Source of the DNA: Armatimonadota bacterium
GTDB lineage: Bacteria; Armatimonadota; Armatimonadia; Armatimonadales; Armatimonadaceae
NCBI GenBank assembly: GCA_041192625.1
Contig: JBEEMN010000001.1
Coordinates: forward strand, 1 to 27,287
Reading direction: 5' to 3'
Length of the DNA stretch: 27,287 nt
In this document: positions 7,801-16,210 of the stretch, piece after piece
Layout: each line of letters starts with the position of its first letter
Numbering within the stretch: the first letter of the stretch is position 1
The notes under the pieces: generated by a model
Databases searched by the model: none
What the model was told of the DNA's origin: nothing
What the model saw: only the letters and a program-made list of their open reading frames with translations
Position numbers and translations under genes: made by a program

Positions 7801-9468
7801 ATGAAGAAACAGTCGAACCCGGCTTTGCTGGTTAAACGACTTACGATAACCGCCCTCGCTGGAACTGTTCTTGCCGGGGGCGGTTTCTATTTCGTAAGTC
7901 AAGCATACTCTGAAGCCACATTACGTGAGGCATATCTGCCAGAGCTGGAAGAAATGCTTCATAACGATCCAAACAATGGATCTTTGCTCGCGCTCACTGC
8001 TGGACGACATGCCGAGGCTGGAGACTTCGAAACTGCCGCCAAATACCTCGAACGTGCAGTCGCAGCCGGCGAATCCTCCTCCGACATCTGGATCACATGG
8101 TCCGCATCCCTTGCCGTCAGTGGAAACCGTGAACAATCCGGCCGTGTTCTCGCCCTCGCACGCTCGCGAGCTGAATCAAAAGCTGCTGCGATGGAAGCGA
8201 TTGAGCGTTGTAAACCCTTAACACCGGCATCCTTACCGCAAGAACTTGCACGTGCTATTGCACCGGATGGTCCCGCTAAGCTGATTGCAAGCCGTACACA
8301 AGGCTCCTTCCTAAACGGATGGTTTGCCTCACGCGCAGAATCGTCCCCTGAGACATCCGGGTACGCCACACGCCAGGCATGGTTCAAAGCAACACCGAAT
8401 GACCCGAATCGACGCATTCTTTGGGCTGAAGCCCTAATGAAAAATGGCAGGCATGTCGAAGCAGGGATGATTGCCGAAGATATTCTTGTTATAGACAAGA
8501 ACAACGTACGGGCCTGCCTGATCATGGCCGAAGCCCATCGCCTTCAAGGCGAGTTTGCCAAGTCTGGCCTTGAATACACCGAGCTGATCAAGAGAAATCC
8601 TAAGCTGATGCCTGCTTTGCTCGGCATGGGACAAGTCGCATTGGAGAAATCGCTGTTTCCAATTGCCCTCAAAGTCTACACCGATGCCACAGCGCTGGAA
8701 CCAGAAAACGCCACCGCTTGGGTCGGCCTTGGGCGCGCACACTATAACCAACGCCTGAACTTCGGGGCTGCAGTTGATGCTTTTGCACGCGCCAAGAAAC
8801 TCGACCCAAAGCGGACCGACTTTGCCATTTCTTACGCAAACGCGCTCCGCGCAATCTTCCGCTGGGATGAAGCAGAAGTGCTCCTAAAGGAGCGTCTTGC
8901 AGATATTCCAGATGACCCTGAAGCCCACTTTCAGCTCGCCACAGTCCTCCTAGACTCAAAACGCAATGCACAGCGTGAAGCAGAAGCCGAGCGCCTGCTT
9001 CGACGCTCACTTGAGCTGGAACCACGTGCAGTTGCCGCGATGGCACGCCTTGGGAGTCTCTTAGTCCAACATTCCAATGGTAAGGAAGCCATCCCCTACC
9101 TTGAAGCCGTTATCGCAGATGACATATTCCACGTTGCCGCCACAAAAGACCTTGCAACGGCATACCGACTCGCTGGCCGACTCAAGGAAGCCAAAAATGC
9201 GCAGGAGAGCTTTAGTCAGCTGACCATCTATATGGAAAAGCGTAACTTCCTTGATGACCTCCTCCGCCGCGAACCGATGAAACATGAGCTCCACGACAAG
9301 CTGGCTGCTCATCTTGAATCTGGTGGTGAGAACAACAAGGCCAAGCTTCACCGGGATGCCGCCATAATGCTTCGTAAAGACCCAAAGAAAGCAAAAATTG
9401 GCTTGCAGGCACTTAATGCAGCCCTTGCATCGACGGAAATCGTCAACGAATCGACCAAAAAAAGGTAG
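7801..9468 (+). CDS. Membrane-anchored tetratricopeptide-repeat protein
   Basis: N-terminal TM/signal (LTITALAGTVLAGGGFYFV) followed by repeated TPR-like units such as 'A..YLERAVAA', 'PENATAWVGLGRAHY', 'PDDPEAHFQLATVLL', 'LRRSLELEPRAVAAMARLGSLL'. Confidence 0.88.
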   Translation: MKKQSNPALLVKRLTITALAGTVLAGGGFYFVSQAYSEATLREAYLPELEEMLHNDPNNGSLLALTAGRHAEAGDFETAAKYLERAVAAGESSSDIWITWSASLAVSGNREQSGRVLALARSRAESKAAAMEAIERCKPLTPASLPQELARAIAPDGPAKLIASRTQGSFLNGWFASRAESSPETSGYATRQAWFKATPNDPNRRILWAEALMKNGRHVEAGMIAEDILVIDKNNVRACLIMAEAHRLQGEFAKSGLEYTELIKRNPKLMPALLGMGQVALEKSLFPIALKVYTDATALEPENATAWVGLGRAHYNQRLNFGAAVDAFARAKKLDPKRTDFAISYANALRAIFRWDEAEVLLKERLADIPDDPEAHFQLATVLLDSKRNAQREAEAERLLRRSLELEPRAVAAMARLGSLLVQHSNGKEAIPYLEAVIADDIFHVAATKDLATAYRLAGRLKEAKNAQESFSQLTIYMEKRNFLDDLLRREPMKHELHDKLAAHLESGGENNKAKLHRDAAIMLRKDPKKAKIGLQALNAALASTEIVNESTKKR

Positions 9469-9477
9469 GCTTTTAGC

Positions 9478-11145
9478 GTGAAGTTTAAAGTTCCACTTAC
9501 CGCCTCCATCTGCGTACTGGCTGCGGCTTCACTTGCTGGATGCAACACGAAAGCACCTGTAACGACAAATAACGGCCCCGCAGTGACATCGGATGTCCAG
9601 TTCGTCAATGTAACGGAACAATCTGGCATCGGCAGCTATGCCTGGACTCCACGCGAGAAGCGCCCTCTCACGATTCTTGGGACGATTGGCAATGGCGCAG
9701 CCTTCATCGATGTTGACAATGATAACAACCTCGACATCCTGCTGGTCGGAAAGAAGACCACCCTCTTCCGCGGTGATGGAAAAGGCAAGTTCACAGAAGA
9801 CCCAGCCGCCCTCGGTAATCCGCAAGGCTATTTCCTCGGCTGTGCCGTTGGCGACTATGACAATGATGGCTTTCAGGACATTTACCTGACCGGCTACCGT
9901 GATGGTCGTCTCTACAAGAACATGGGTGGCAAAAAGTTCACTGATGTCACCGCGGGCAGTGGGCTAACCAAACAACCTTGGGGAACGAGCGCCAGCTTTG
10001 CGGATTTCAACCGCGATGGCGTCCTCGATCTCTATGTCGCAAACTACGCTATTTTCGGCCCTAAAGTGATGCCGCAGCTGTGCTCGTTCAACGGGATTAT
10101 GTCCTCTTGCGGCCCCCGCTTCTACGACCCTGAGCGTGGGACACTTTTCCTTGCCAAAGCGCCAGGTAGCTTTGCCGATGTTTCCGTTGCAAGCGGTGCA
10201 AAGAAAGTCTCTGGCCGCGGCCTCGGTGTAGCCGTGCTCGACTTTGACTTCTCTGGACACGACAGCATTGCCATCGCAAACGATGAGCTTCCAGGCGATC
10301 TCCTCAAGAACACCGGGATGAAGTTCACAAACGAAGGCGCAAACTCCGGGACCGCCTACGATGGCGAAGGACGTGCACACGGCGGAATGGGCATTGATTG
10401 GGGTGACTACGACAACGATGGCAAACCAGACCTCGTCGTCGCAACCTTCAGCCATGAAGTCAAGTCCCTTTACCACAACGAAGGCGGCGGCTTCTTCATC
10501 GATAAATCCACCATGACCGGACTTTCGGATACCGTGCAGCCGTTCATCTCGTTTGGCATCAAGTTTTTCGATGCCAACAACGATGGCTTTATTGACCTTC
10601 TGTTATCGAATGGTCACGTTCAGGACAACATCGCGGATGTCGACAAGTCTTCCACGTACCCGCAGCCCATTTTCTTTATGCAAAACATGGCTGGACAACG
10701 CTTCGAAGACCGAAATGCCACCAGCGGTATCGGCAAGCTTAAACCAATCGTAGGTCGCGGCCTTACGGTTGGCGACTATGACAATGATGGCCTCGTGGAT
10801 GCCCTTGTCGTCGATAGCGAGGGCAAGCCAGTTTTATTGCATAACGAAACGAAAAGTGCTGGACACTACGTTCGCCTGACGCTTGTCGGGACAAAATCTC
10901 CTCGAAGCGGGCACGGGGCTTTGGTCCGAATTACGCTCGCTGATGGCAAGACACTTCTGCGTCACTGCCAGACCGATGGCTCGTACCTGAGCGCTTCCGA
11001 TGTTCGTGTTCACGTGGGTATTGGGTCTAACACCAGCGTCAAATCCGTCGAAGTCACATGGCCAAGTGGTACTAAGACGACACTAACCGATGTCCCGGTA
11101 GACAAGTCATCCACAATCACCGAAGGTGCATCCACGGTACGCTAG
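9478..11145 (+). CDS. CRTAC1 family protein (FG-GAP/VCBS beta-propeller + ASPIC/UnbV domain), lipoprotein
   Basis: Lipobox LAGC; seven DxDxDG-type loops (DVDNDNNLD, DYDNDGFQD, DFNRDGVLD, DFDFSGHDS, DYDNDGKPD, DANNDGFID, DYDNDGLVD); C-terminal 'GSYLSASDVRVHVGIG...SVEVTWPSG', typical of ASPIC/UnbV. GTG start. Confidence 0.92.
   Translation: MKFKVPLTASICVLAAASLAGCNTKAPVTTNNGPAVTSDVQFVNVTEQSGIGSYAWTPREKRPLTILGTIGNGAAFIDVDNDNNLDILLVGKKTTLFRGDGKGKFTEDPAALGNPQGYFLGCAVGDYDNDGFQDIYLTGYRDGRLYKNMGGKKFTDVTAGSGLTKQPWGTSASFADFNRDGVLDLYVANYAIFGPKVMPQLCSFNGIMSSCGPRFYDPERGTLFLAKAPGSFADVSVASGAKKVSGRGLGVAVLDFDFSGHDSIAIANDELPGDLLKNTGMKFTNEGANSGTAYDGEGRAHGGMGIDWGDYDNDGKPDLVVATFSHEVKSLYHNEGGGFFIDKSTMTGLSDTVQPFISFGIKFFDANNDGFIDLLLSNGHVQDNIADVDKSSTYPQPIFFMQNMAGQRFEDRNATSGIGKLKPIVGRGLTVGDYDNDGLVDALVVDSEGKPVLLHNETKSAGHYVRLTLVGTKSPRSGHGALVRITLADGKTLLRHCQTDGSYLSASDVRVHVGIGSNTSVKSVEVTWPSGTKTTLTDVPVDKSSTITEGASTVR
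9847..9870 (+). repeat. 24-bp exact direct repeat, copy 1 (copy 2 at 10768-10791), coding VGDYDNDG
   Basis: gttggcgactatgacaatgatggc read at both positions; these are two Ca-binding loops of the propeller. Confidence 0.85.
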
Positions 11146-11148
11146 CAT

Positions 11149-12972
11149 ATGCGTCCCGGATTACCGATGGCCCCTTCGAAAAAGGGGATGAACAAACAAA
11201 CAGTCAAGCGGGTTATTGCTCTTTTTTCAGAACACAGACCAACGCTGGCACTTATTGTCGTATTGGTACTGGCAAGTGCTGCGACTGGCATTCTCCCGCC
11301 CTATTACCTTCGGAAGATTGTGGATGAAGGATTCGGGCCACGAAACCTCGATGTCGTTACCCATTACACCCTCCTCACACTCGCAGCAACACTTGGCTCG
11401 ACAGCATTCAACCTCACTTACGGCTACCTCAGCGTTCTGCTTGGACAGCGCATCCTAAAGGACATCCGAAACCGTTTGTTCGAACACCTTCAAGGGATGG
11501 GCCTTAAGTTCTTTACATCCACGCGCACAGGTGAGATCCAAAGCCGCCTGATCGGTGATGTCGCAGGAGTTCAAGGCGTCCTGTCGGATACGCTCGCTAA
11601 CTTCCTCAGCAATGTCGCGATTGTTATCTCAACACTCATCGGAATGATTGCGATGGACTGGCGGCTTACCCTGCTGTCCGTTGGCATCCTCCCTGTGTTT
11701 GCCCTCATGTCTGCGCGCCTCGGTATCAAGCTGGGCGACCTACGAACGCAGTCCGCAAAGCAGAATGCTGATCTATCGAGCACGATGCAAGAGACGCTGT
11801 CCGTGAGCGGCATTTTGCTGCTGAAGACGACGGGCCAGTCTAAGCGGGCTCTTGACCGATTTGTCACTGAAAATGATGCTCTGACCGCAACCCAGATCCG
11901 CTCGATGTCGATTCTGCGGTTGTTCTTTAACTTGATTCCACTCACCTTTCAGCTCACGCCAGCTCTGGTGTATTGGCTTGCAGGCTACTTTATGGCCCAG
12001 CCGAGTGGCACTGGCCTGACCATTGGACTCATCGTCGCGTTCACCGCACTGCAATCGAGACTCTTCTTCCCACTGACATCCCTGATGAACATCCAAGTCG
12101 AAGTCATCAGCGGAATGTCCCTCTTCGACCGCGTGTATGAATACCTCGATATGGCACACGATATTCGGGAGGCTGAGCATCCAACCCCAGTTGACATCGC
12201 AACTGCAAAGGGCGAAGTATCCTTCACCGATGTCACCTTCAAGCACGATCCGGACTCCACTGATCTCACTCTGGACCATGTAACATTTACTGCAAAACCG
12301 GGAGAGCGTGTCGCCCTTGTTGGTGCGAGTGGCGCTGGCAAAACCACGATGGCCTTCCTTATTCCACGCCTTCATGACCCGCTCACGGGCTCTGTTTCCA
12401 TCGATGGCGTTGACATCAGAAACATCAGCTTTCAAAACCTCGGACGTTTGGTCGGCGTGGTTACACAGGAAACCTATCTCCTGCACGACACCATCAAGGA
12501 AAACCTCCGCTACGGCAATCCAGATGCAACAGATATGCAGATCGAAGATGCCTCTCGTGCAGCCGCAATCCACGAACATATCGCCGGCCTCCCAGATGGC
12601 TACAACACCATGGTTGGCGAACGCGGCTATAAGCTCTCCGGTGGTGAGAAGCAACGCCTCGCCATCGCACGGGCGATTCTCCAGAATCCAAAGGTCCTCG
12701 TCCTCGATGAGGCAACAAGCGCGCTCGATACACAAACGGAAGCCGCTGTTCAGGAGTCGCTGGCACGCCTTGCCGAAGGGCGTACGACATTCGCTATCGC
12801 GCATCGCCTGTCAACAGTCGTCGATGCAGACCGAATTCTCGTGATGGAACATGGACGGCTTGTCGAGCAAGGTACACATACCGAGCTCCTGGCAGCTGGT
12901 GGAAAATACGCCGAGCTCGTTGCAGCACAATGGGCGATCTCTGGTCCGGATTCCAACAGCGCCGGAGCATAG
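11149..12972 (+). CDS. ABC exporter, fused permease + ATP-binding domain (MsbA/MdlB-like type IV ABC)
   Basis: Six-TM N-terminal domain; Walker A GASGAGKTT, Q-loop VTQE, signature LSGGEKQR, Walker B VLVLDEATSALD, H-loop IAHRLST. The start may be ATG 11149 or a later ATG (MNKQ). Confidence 0.95.
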   Translation: MRPGLPMAPSKKGMNKQTVKRVIALFSEHRPTLALIVVLVLASAATGILPPYYLRKIVDEGFGPRNLDVVTHYTLLTLAATLGSTAFNLTYGYLSVLLGQRILKDIRNRLFEHLQGMGLKFFTSTRTGEIQSRLIGDVAGVQGVLSDTLANFLSNVAIVISTLIGMIAMDWRLTLLSVGILPVFALMSARLGIKLGDLRTQSAKQNADLSSTMQETLSVSGILLLKTTGQSKRALDRFVTENDALTATQIRSMSILRLFFNLIPLTFQLTPALVYWLAGYFMAQPSGTGLTIGLIVAFTALQSRLFFPLTSLMNIQVEVISGMSLFDRVYEYLDMAHDIREAEHPTPVDIATAKGEVSFTDVTFKHDPDSTDLTLDHVTFTAKPGERVALVGASGAGKTTMAFLIPRLHDPLTGSVSIDGVDIRNISFQNLGRLVGVVTQETYLLHDTIKENLRYGNPDATDMQIEDASRAAAIHEHIAGLPDGYNTMVGERGYKLSGGEKQRLAIARAILQNPKVLVLDEATSALDTQTEAAVQESLARLAEGRTTFAIAHRLSTVVDADRILVMEHGRLVEQGTHTELLAAGGKYAELVAAQWAISGPDSNSAGA

Positions 12973-12979
12973 GATCTCA

Positions 12980-14554
12980 ATGTCAAAGATTCGATTTGTG
13001 AATGCCATCGTCATTGATGGAAGTGGAAGCCCCGGGTTTGCGGCCGATGTCTACATCGACGATGACAGCATCACCGATGTCATTCCCCAACCAACCCTTA
13101 TCCCCGTCCGGGATGGCTACGAGGCGATTGCGTGTGGGGGCAAGGTTCTGTGTCCTGGCTTTATTGACATTCACACTCACTCTGACTTTAACGTCCTGAT
13201 CTTTCCCGGGATGGAGAGTTCCCTCTCCCAAGGCGTAACCAGTGAAGTCTTCGGTAACTGTGGGATTGCCATTGGTCTTGCGACTCCAGCGGAAGATTTT
13301 AAGCTCGAGCGCCGGGCTCTTGACCGCTACGGAGTCAAGCTGGACTGGACAGACCTGTCATCGTTCCTGACGCGCGTCGCAGATAATGGCACCGCTCTTA
13401 ATGTTGCATCCCTTGCCGGACACGGGACCCTCCGAAAACGTGTCATGGGAACCGCTAACCGGGCCCCAGATGTGGCTGAACTTAGTCAAATGTGCCGTGA
13501 TGCCGAAGCGTCAATGGCCGCGGGTGCCATCGGATTGTCCTCGGGCCTTGAGTACATCCCAGGAGCATACGCATCCATAGACGAGCTTTCTGCCATCGCA
13601 AAAGTCGTTGCTTCAGCAGGAGGCTTTTATGCAACGCATTTACGGGATGAAGGCGATCACCTCGAAGCAGCCGTTGAGGAAGCAATCAGCGTCGCCTCGA
13701 ACGCCGGGATATCGCTCCAGCTAAGTCATCACAAAGCGGAACTGCGACGGAATTGGACAGCGGTCCGGCGGACATTGGCCCGCGTTACGGAAGCGCAGGC
13801 AAACGGAATCGACATCCACATTGACCAGTACCCATACACGGCGTACCAGACCAGCCTACAAACCATCGTCCTCCCCCGCTGGGCAAATGCTGCAGACTCA
13901 GAAGCCTTGGCGGAGCTGATCAACACACCGGGAAATCGGGAACGCATCCACGCCGAAATGTCGCACCACGATTGGTCACGGCTCAAGATTGCAACGTGCG
14001 CAACGCATCCAGACTACATCGGGATGTCTCTAGAAACGCTGGCTGTGAACACTGGTCAACATCCACAGGACTTTGTTCTGGACCTCCTTGCGACACCGGG
14101 TCCATGGATTTCAGCTGTGCACCATGCGATGTCAGATGAAGATGTCGAGTATGTCCTTCAGGATCCACGTGTGATGATTGGATCTGACTCAGTCGCAACT
14201 GATATCACCCACCACGGAAGCAGCGAGCAACCGCATCCTCGAACATTTGGGACATTCGCGAGAATACTCGGGCACTACGTTCGGGAAAAGAAGGTCATCG
14301 GGCTCGAGGAGGCTATTCGCAAAATGACAAGCCTACCTGCATCGCGGCTTGGCTGGCATAACCGCGGGCGTATCGGAGCTGGCTTCAAAGCGGATATTGT
14401 CCTCTTGGACCCGGAAACCGTCGGCTCACCGGCGACCTTTGAACAGCCACGGCAGCGTGCAACAGGTATCAGCCAGGTATGGGTTAATGGAACACTCGCA
14501 CATGATGGCGGGAGACCTACCGGATCTCGAAGTGGGCAGGTCTACCGCAAGTAG
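12980..14554 (+). CDS. N-acyl-D-amino-acid deacylase (D-aminoacylase), amidohydrolase superfamily
   Basis: 'IVIDGSG', 'PGFIDIHTHSD' (HxH), 'GNCG' (metal Cys), 'GLSSGLEYIPG', 'THLRDEG', 'SHHK', 'DQYPY', 'MIGSDS', 'HPRTFGTFARILG', 'EAIRKMTSLPA', 'G..ADIVL'. Start moved from the track's 12851 to ATG 12980 (MSKIRF), which has an AGGA RBS and no overlap with the ABC gene. Confidence 0.9.
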   Translation: MSKIRFVNAIVIDGSGSPGFAADVYIDDDSITDVIPQPTLIPVRDGYEAIACGGKVLCPGFIDIHTHSDFNVLIFPGMESSLSQGVTSEVFGNCGIAIGLATPAEDFKLERRALDRYGVKLDWTDLSSFLTRVADNGTALNVASLAGHGTLRKRVMGTANRAPDVAELSQMCRDAEASMAAGAIGLSSGLEYIPGAYASIDELSAIAKVVASAGGFYATHLRDEGDHLEAAVEEAISVASNAGISLQLSHHKAELRRNWTAVRRTLARVTEAQANGIDIHIDQYPYTAYQTSLQTIVLPRWANAADSEALAELINTPGNRERIHAEMSHHDWSRLKIATCATHPDYIGMSLETLAVNTGQHPQDFVLDLLATPGPWISAVHHAMSDEDVEYVLQDPRVMIGSDSVATDITHHGSSEQPHPRTFGTFARILGHYVREKKVIGLEEAIRKMTSLPASRLGWHNRGRIGAGFKADIVLLDPETVGSPATFEQPRQRATGISQVWVNGTLAHDGGRPTGSRSGQVYRK

Positions 14555-14563
14555 GCGCCCCGA

Positions 14564-14941
14564 CTAGATCGCTGGAAAGTCGGCCTCAAAAGCTGCACAT
14601 AGCTGTTGCAATGTCGCAGTCTTGATGACAAGGTCGCGCTCATCATCATCAGGAATGGCAGCTGCCAAGCCTTCAAGACGCTTGCGGATATGCTCCGCAA
14701 TCTCATCGGCTTCCGTTTCCGTAGCGGCCACTGCCTGACCAAATGCCCATGGATACACTTGTCCAGTGAGGATGAAAGTACCATCCCGCTGCAGCTCAAG
14801 CGTCAGACGTGCATCTGCATCCTCGGTGTCAGCTGGATTTCCATATTCGGCATCCGCAATAATGGAACCCTTTCCGGGTCCACGCTGACCGATTGTTGCT
14901 CCACCATCCATTGCATACCAGCTTCGTTCACGCTCATCCAT
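14564..14941 (-). CDS. Small acidic hypothetical protein (125 aa)
   Basis: ATG at 14941 overlaps the ndh stop (TAATG). The sequence MDERERSWYAMDGGATIGQRGPGKGSIIADAEY...DARLTLE... looks like a globular protein. The track's longer 15007 start lies inside ndh. Confidence 0.7.
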   Translation of the reverse strand: MDERERSWYAMDGGATIGQRGPGKGSIIADAEYGNPADTEDADARLTLELQRDGTFILTGQVYPWAFGQAVAATETEADEIAEHIRKRLEGLAAAIPDDDERDLVIKTATLQQLCAAFEADFPAI

Positions 14942-16209
14942 TAGTCTACGCGTTCCTTTATCAGATACCGGACACCCCTCCGGTAGGTTACATAGGCGTA
15001 TGCCCATTCAAGCAAAACCAAGAGGCGGTTGCGGTAGCCAGCCAAATACAAAATGTGGACAAAGAGCCACATCAGCCAAGCGATAGCACCATGAAAATGC
15101 AGCTTGCCCGCCGCAACAACCGCTTTGTTACGTCCAAGAACAGCCATCGAACCTTTGTCGATGTAGGAAAACTTCAGGAGGTCAGCGTTACCAGCGACCA
15201 GTTTCCCGATGTTCCGTCCAGCACATTCGCCCATTTGCCGCGCGGCCGGTGCTACGCCGGGAACGGCCACATCCCCATGCCATTGCACGTGTGCAGCATC
15301 ACCAATTACAAAAACCGACGTGTCATCGGACAAGTGAAGACACGGTGTAACAACGACGCGGCCAGCTCTGTCTTGTTCAGCACCAAGCGTCGCACAAATT
15401 GGTCCAGCCTTGTTGCCAGCTGCCCAGAACACGGTTCGGCAAGGAATGCGCGTGCCGTCATCTAGCATCACATGGTCAGCCTGAATATCAGCAGCCTTAC
15501 GTAGTGGAATGACCTCAACACCAAGTTCCTTGAGATCTGCGGTTGCGCAGACACGGAGGTCATCCGGGAAGCTGTCAAGGACATGCGCACTGTTTTCGAT
15601 AAGAATAATACGCGTCTCGGCCGGCGTAAAGCTGCGATATTCTCCCGCAAGTGCTTTTCGCGCAATTTCCGGTAGCACACCAGCAAGTTCGCAACCGGTA
15701 GGACCGCCACCAACCACGACAAATGTCAGCCATTCTTTACGGGATGCATCGGTTTCAGCCTTCTCAGCCGCCTCAAATGCACCTAAAAAGCGCTCTCGTG
15801 CGCGATTGGCATCCTCGAGGGTCTTGAGCCCCGGCGCCAGCGCTTCCCACTCGGAATGCCCGAAGTAGTGGTGACGTCCGCCGGATGCGACAACAAGATA
15901 ATCGTAGCAAACGGGCGAACCACAGGAAAGGACAACCTGCTTTTTCCCACGGTCAACAGCAATGACATCCGCCATGATGACCTTTGTGTTTTGCTGATCT
16001 TTGAGAATCGTCCGGATCGGTGCAGAAATCTCCGTCGGCGACAAACCGCCCGTCGCAACCTGATACAGGAGTGGTTGAAAGAGATGGTGGTTGGTGCGGT
16101 CGATGAGGGTGATCTCAACCGCCACATTTTTGAGCACACGGGCTGCGGCAAGGCCGCCAAAGCCGCCACCGATGATGACGACTTTTGGTCTGGATGCCGA
16201 GATCTTCAT
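14941..16209 (-). CDS. ndh: Type II NADH:quinone oxidoreductase (NDH-2)
   Basis: First Rossmann motif KVVIIGGGFGG; 'LIDRTNHHLFQPLLYQVATG.LS'; 'YDYLVVASG'; second Rossmann motif 'FVVVGGGPTGCELAG' with 'IILIE'; 'VFVIGD'; 'PGVAPAARQMG'; 'FSYIDKGSMAVLGRNKAV'; 'AWLMWLFVHILYLAGYRNR'. Start at ATG 16209 (MKISAS) with GGAG RBS. Confidence 0.92.
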   Translation of the reverse strand: MKISASRPKVVIIGGGFGGLAAARVLKNVAVEITLIDRTNHHLFQPLLYQVATGGLSPTEISAPIRTILKDQQNTKVIMADVIAVDRGKKQVVLSCGSPVCYDYLVVASGGRHHYFGHSEWEALAPGLKTLEDANRARERFLGAFEAAEKAETDASRKEWLTFVVVGGGPTGCELAGVLPEIARKALAGEYRSFTPAETRIILIENSAHVLDSFPDDLRVCATADLKELGVEVIPLRKAADIQADHVMLDDGTRIPCRTVFWAAGNKAGPICATLGAEQDRAGRVVVTPCLHLSDDTSVFVIGDAAHVQWHGDVAVPGVAPAARQMGECAGRNIGKLVAGNADLLKFSYIDKGSMAVLGRNKAVVAAGKLHFHGAIAWLMWLFVHILYLAGYRNRLLVLLEWAYAYVTYRRGVRYLIKERVD

Positions 16210-16210
16210 C

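Noticed and set aside
9847-10791. 24-bp exact repeat pair as a sign of recombination or a diversity-generating element
   Set aside because: Both copies encode the same conserved VGDYDNDG loop using common codons. There is no reverse transcriptase or recombinase nearby and no adenine-specific variation.
9478-11145. Enediyne biosynthetic cluster suggested by the UnbV domain name
   Set aside because: There is no polyketide synthase, thioesterase or other warhead-cassette gene in the window; ASPIC/UnbV proteins are widespread outside such clusters.
11773-12804. 343-aa minus-strand ORF
   Set aside because: It is antisense to the ABC exporter, which has all canonical motifs, and shows no family features of its own.
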